A DNA stretch of 64,000 nucleotides, taken from Ruditapes philippinarum (taxonomy: Eukaryota). The DNA lies in contig NW_026854323.1 in the NCBI RefSeq assembly GCF_026571515.1, forward strand, positions 1 to 64,000, in the 5' to 3' direction. This document shows, one piece after another, positions 62,501 to 64,000 of the stretch; position 1 is the first letter of the stretch; each line of letters begins with the position of its first letter. The position numbers were made by a program, and so were the translations under genes. The notes beneath the pieces were generated by a model, which searched no databases, was not told the DNA's origin, and saw only the letters and a list, made by a program, of their open reading frames with translations.

Positions 62501-63880
62501 ATTAGAATTTAACCCTTTCAGAATAAAGACCACATCAGAGTTTAACCCCTTCAGAATAAAGACCACATCAGAGTTTAACCCCTTCAGAATAAAGACCACA
62601 TTAGAATGTAAACCCTTCAGTATAGAGACCACATTAGAATATAACCACTTCAGTATAAAGGCAACATTAGAATAAAACCCTGAAGTATAAAGGCAACATT
62701 AAAATATAATTATATACATCAGAGTTTAACCCCTTTAGAATAGACCGCATTAGAATGTGAACCCTTCAGAATAAAGACCACATTAGAATGTAAACCCTCC
62801 AGAATAAAGACCACATTAGAATGTAAACCCTTCAGAATAAAGACCACTTTAGAATATAACCCCTTTAGAATAAAGACCACATCAGAGTTTAACCCCTTCA
62901 GAATAAAGACAACATTAAAATATAACCCCTACAGTATAAAGAACACATTAGAATATAACCCCTTCAGAATAAAGACCACATCAGAGTTAAACCCCTTCAG
63001 AATAGACCACATTAGAATGTGAACCCTTCAGAATAAAGACCACATTTGAATATAACCCCTTCAGTATAAAGACCACATTAGAATGTGAACCCTTCAAAAT
63101 AAAGACCACATCAGAGTTAAACCCCTTCAGAATAGACCACATTAGAATGTGAACCCTTCAGAATAAAGACCACATTTGAATATAACCCCTTCAGTATAAA
63201 GACCACATTAGAATGTGAACCTTTCAGAATAAAGACCACTTTAGAATATAACCCCTTCAGAATAAAGACCACATCAGAGTTTAACCCCTTCAGAATAAAG
63301 ACCACATTAGAATTTAACCCCTTCAGAATAAAGACCACATCAGAGTTTAACCCATTCAGTATAAAGGCCACATTAGAATGTAAACTCTTCAGTATAAAGA
63401 CCACATCAGAGTTTAACCCCTTCAGTATAAAGACCACATTAGAATGTGAACCTTTCAGAATAAAGACCACTTTAGAATATAACCCCTTTAGAATAAAGAC
63501 CACATCTGAGTTTAACCCCTTCAGAATAAAGACCACATTAGAATTTAACCCCTTCAGAATAAAGACCACATTAGAATATAACCCCTTCAGTATAAAGACC
63601 ACATTAGAATATAACCCCTTCAGTATAAAGACCACATTAGAATATAACCCCTTCAGTATAAAGACCACATTAGAATATAACCCCTTCAGTATAAAGACCA
63701 CATTAGAATATAACCCCTTCAGTATAAAGACCACATTAGAATGTAAACCCTTCAGTATAAAGACCACATCAGAGTTTAACCCCTTCAGTATAAAGAGGAC
63801 ATTAGAATATAACCCCTTCAAAATATAGACCATGTTAGAATATAACCCTCCAGAATAAAGACCACATTAGAATATAGGCC
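59560..63880. repeat. 33-bp satellite, about 130 monomers, with higher-order structure
   Basis: Consensus TTAGAATATAACCCCTTCAGAATAAAGACCACA. Confidence 0.98.
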
Positions 63881-64000
63881 ACTGCAGAATTTACTTCATC
63901 TTAGAATATAGATGATGCAAAATATATAAAGATTTTAGAGTTTACAAAGCCTGTGTATAACTTTTTTTAAACTGTTATGATTGTACATAACATTACTGTT

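Noticed and set aside
59710-63833. ORFs with 11-aa repeats (ILKGLYSNVVF), superficially LRR-like
   Set aside because: A 33-bp satellite with one stop-free frame, repeatedly broken by 2-nt deletions; no splice or start context.

Overview
AT-rich, intron-containing animal genomic DNA, most likely a bivalve mollusc (inferred from the repeat families and perlucin-type lectins), with one 265-N assembly gap. Manual splicing recovers five minus-strand genes in the first 28.3 kb: a divergent 3-exon MIF/D-dopachrome tautomerase-family gene, two tandem single-domain C-type lectins (EPD/WAD and EPN/WGD motifs), an ABHD15-like hydrolase with an intronless CDS and no catalytic Ser, and a 7-exon carbohydrate sulfotransferase-like gene with degenerate PAPS-binding motifs and an in-frame stop. 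On the plus strand, a large coiled-coil exon (RIM-binding-protein-like N-terminus) is preceded by a strong-context uORF and followed by more than 21 kb with no recognisable exon. The rest is transposon material (LINE, Tc1 and Gypsy remnants, SINEs, tandem-repeat MITEs, and three non-autonomous DNA transposons with intact TIRs and 6-bp, 5-bp and TA target duplications) and satellites of 19, 20, 33, 36, 58 and 83 bp. No CRISPR array or prokaryotic-type system is present, and I cannot support a wholly new biological system. The best leads are the cluster of catalytically degenerate enzymes beside the lectins, the unusual transposon termini and a possible 6.4 kb capture element.
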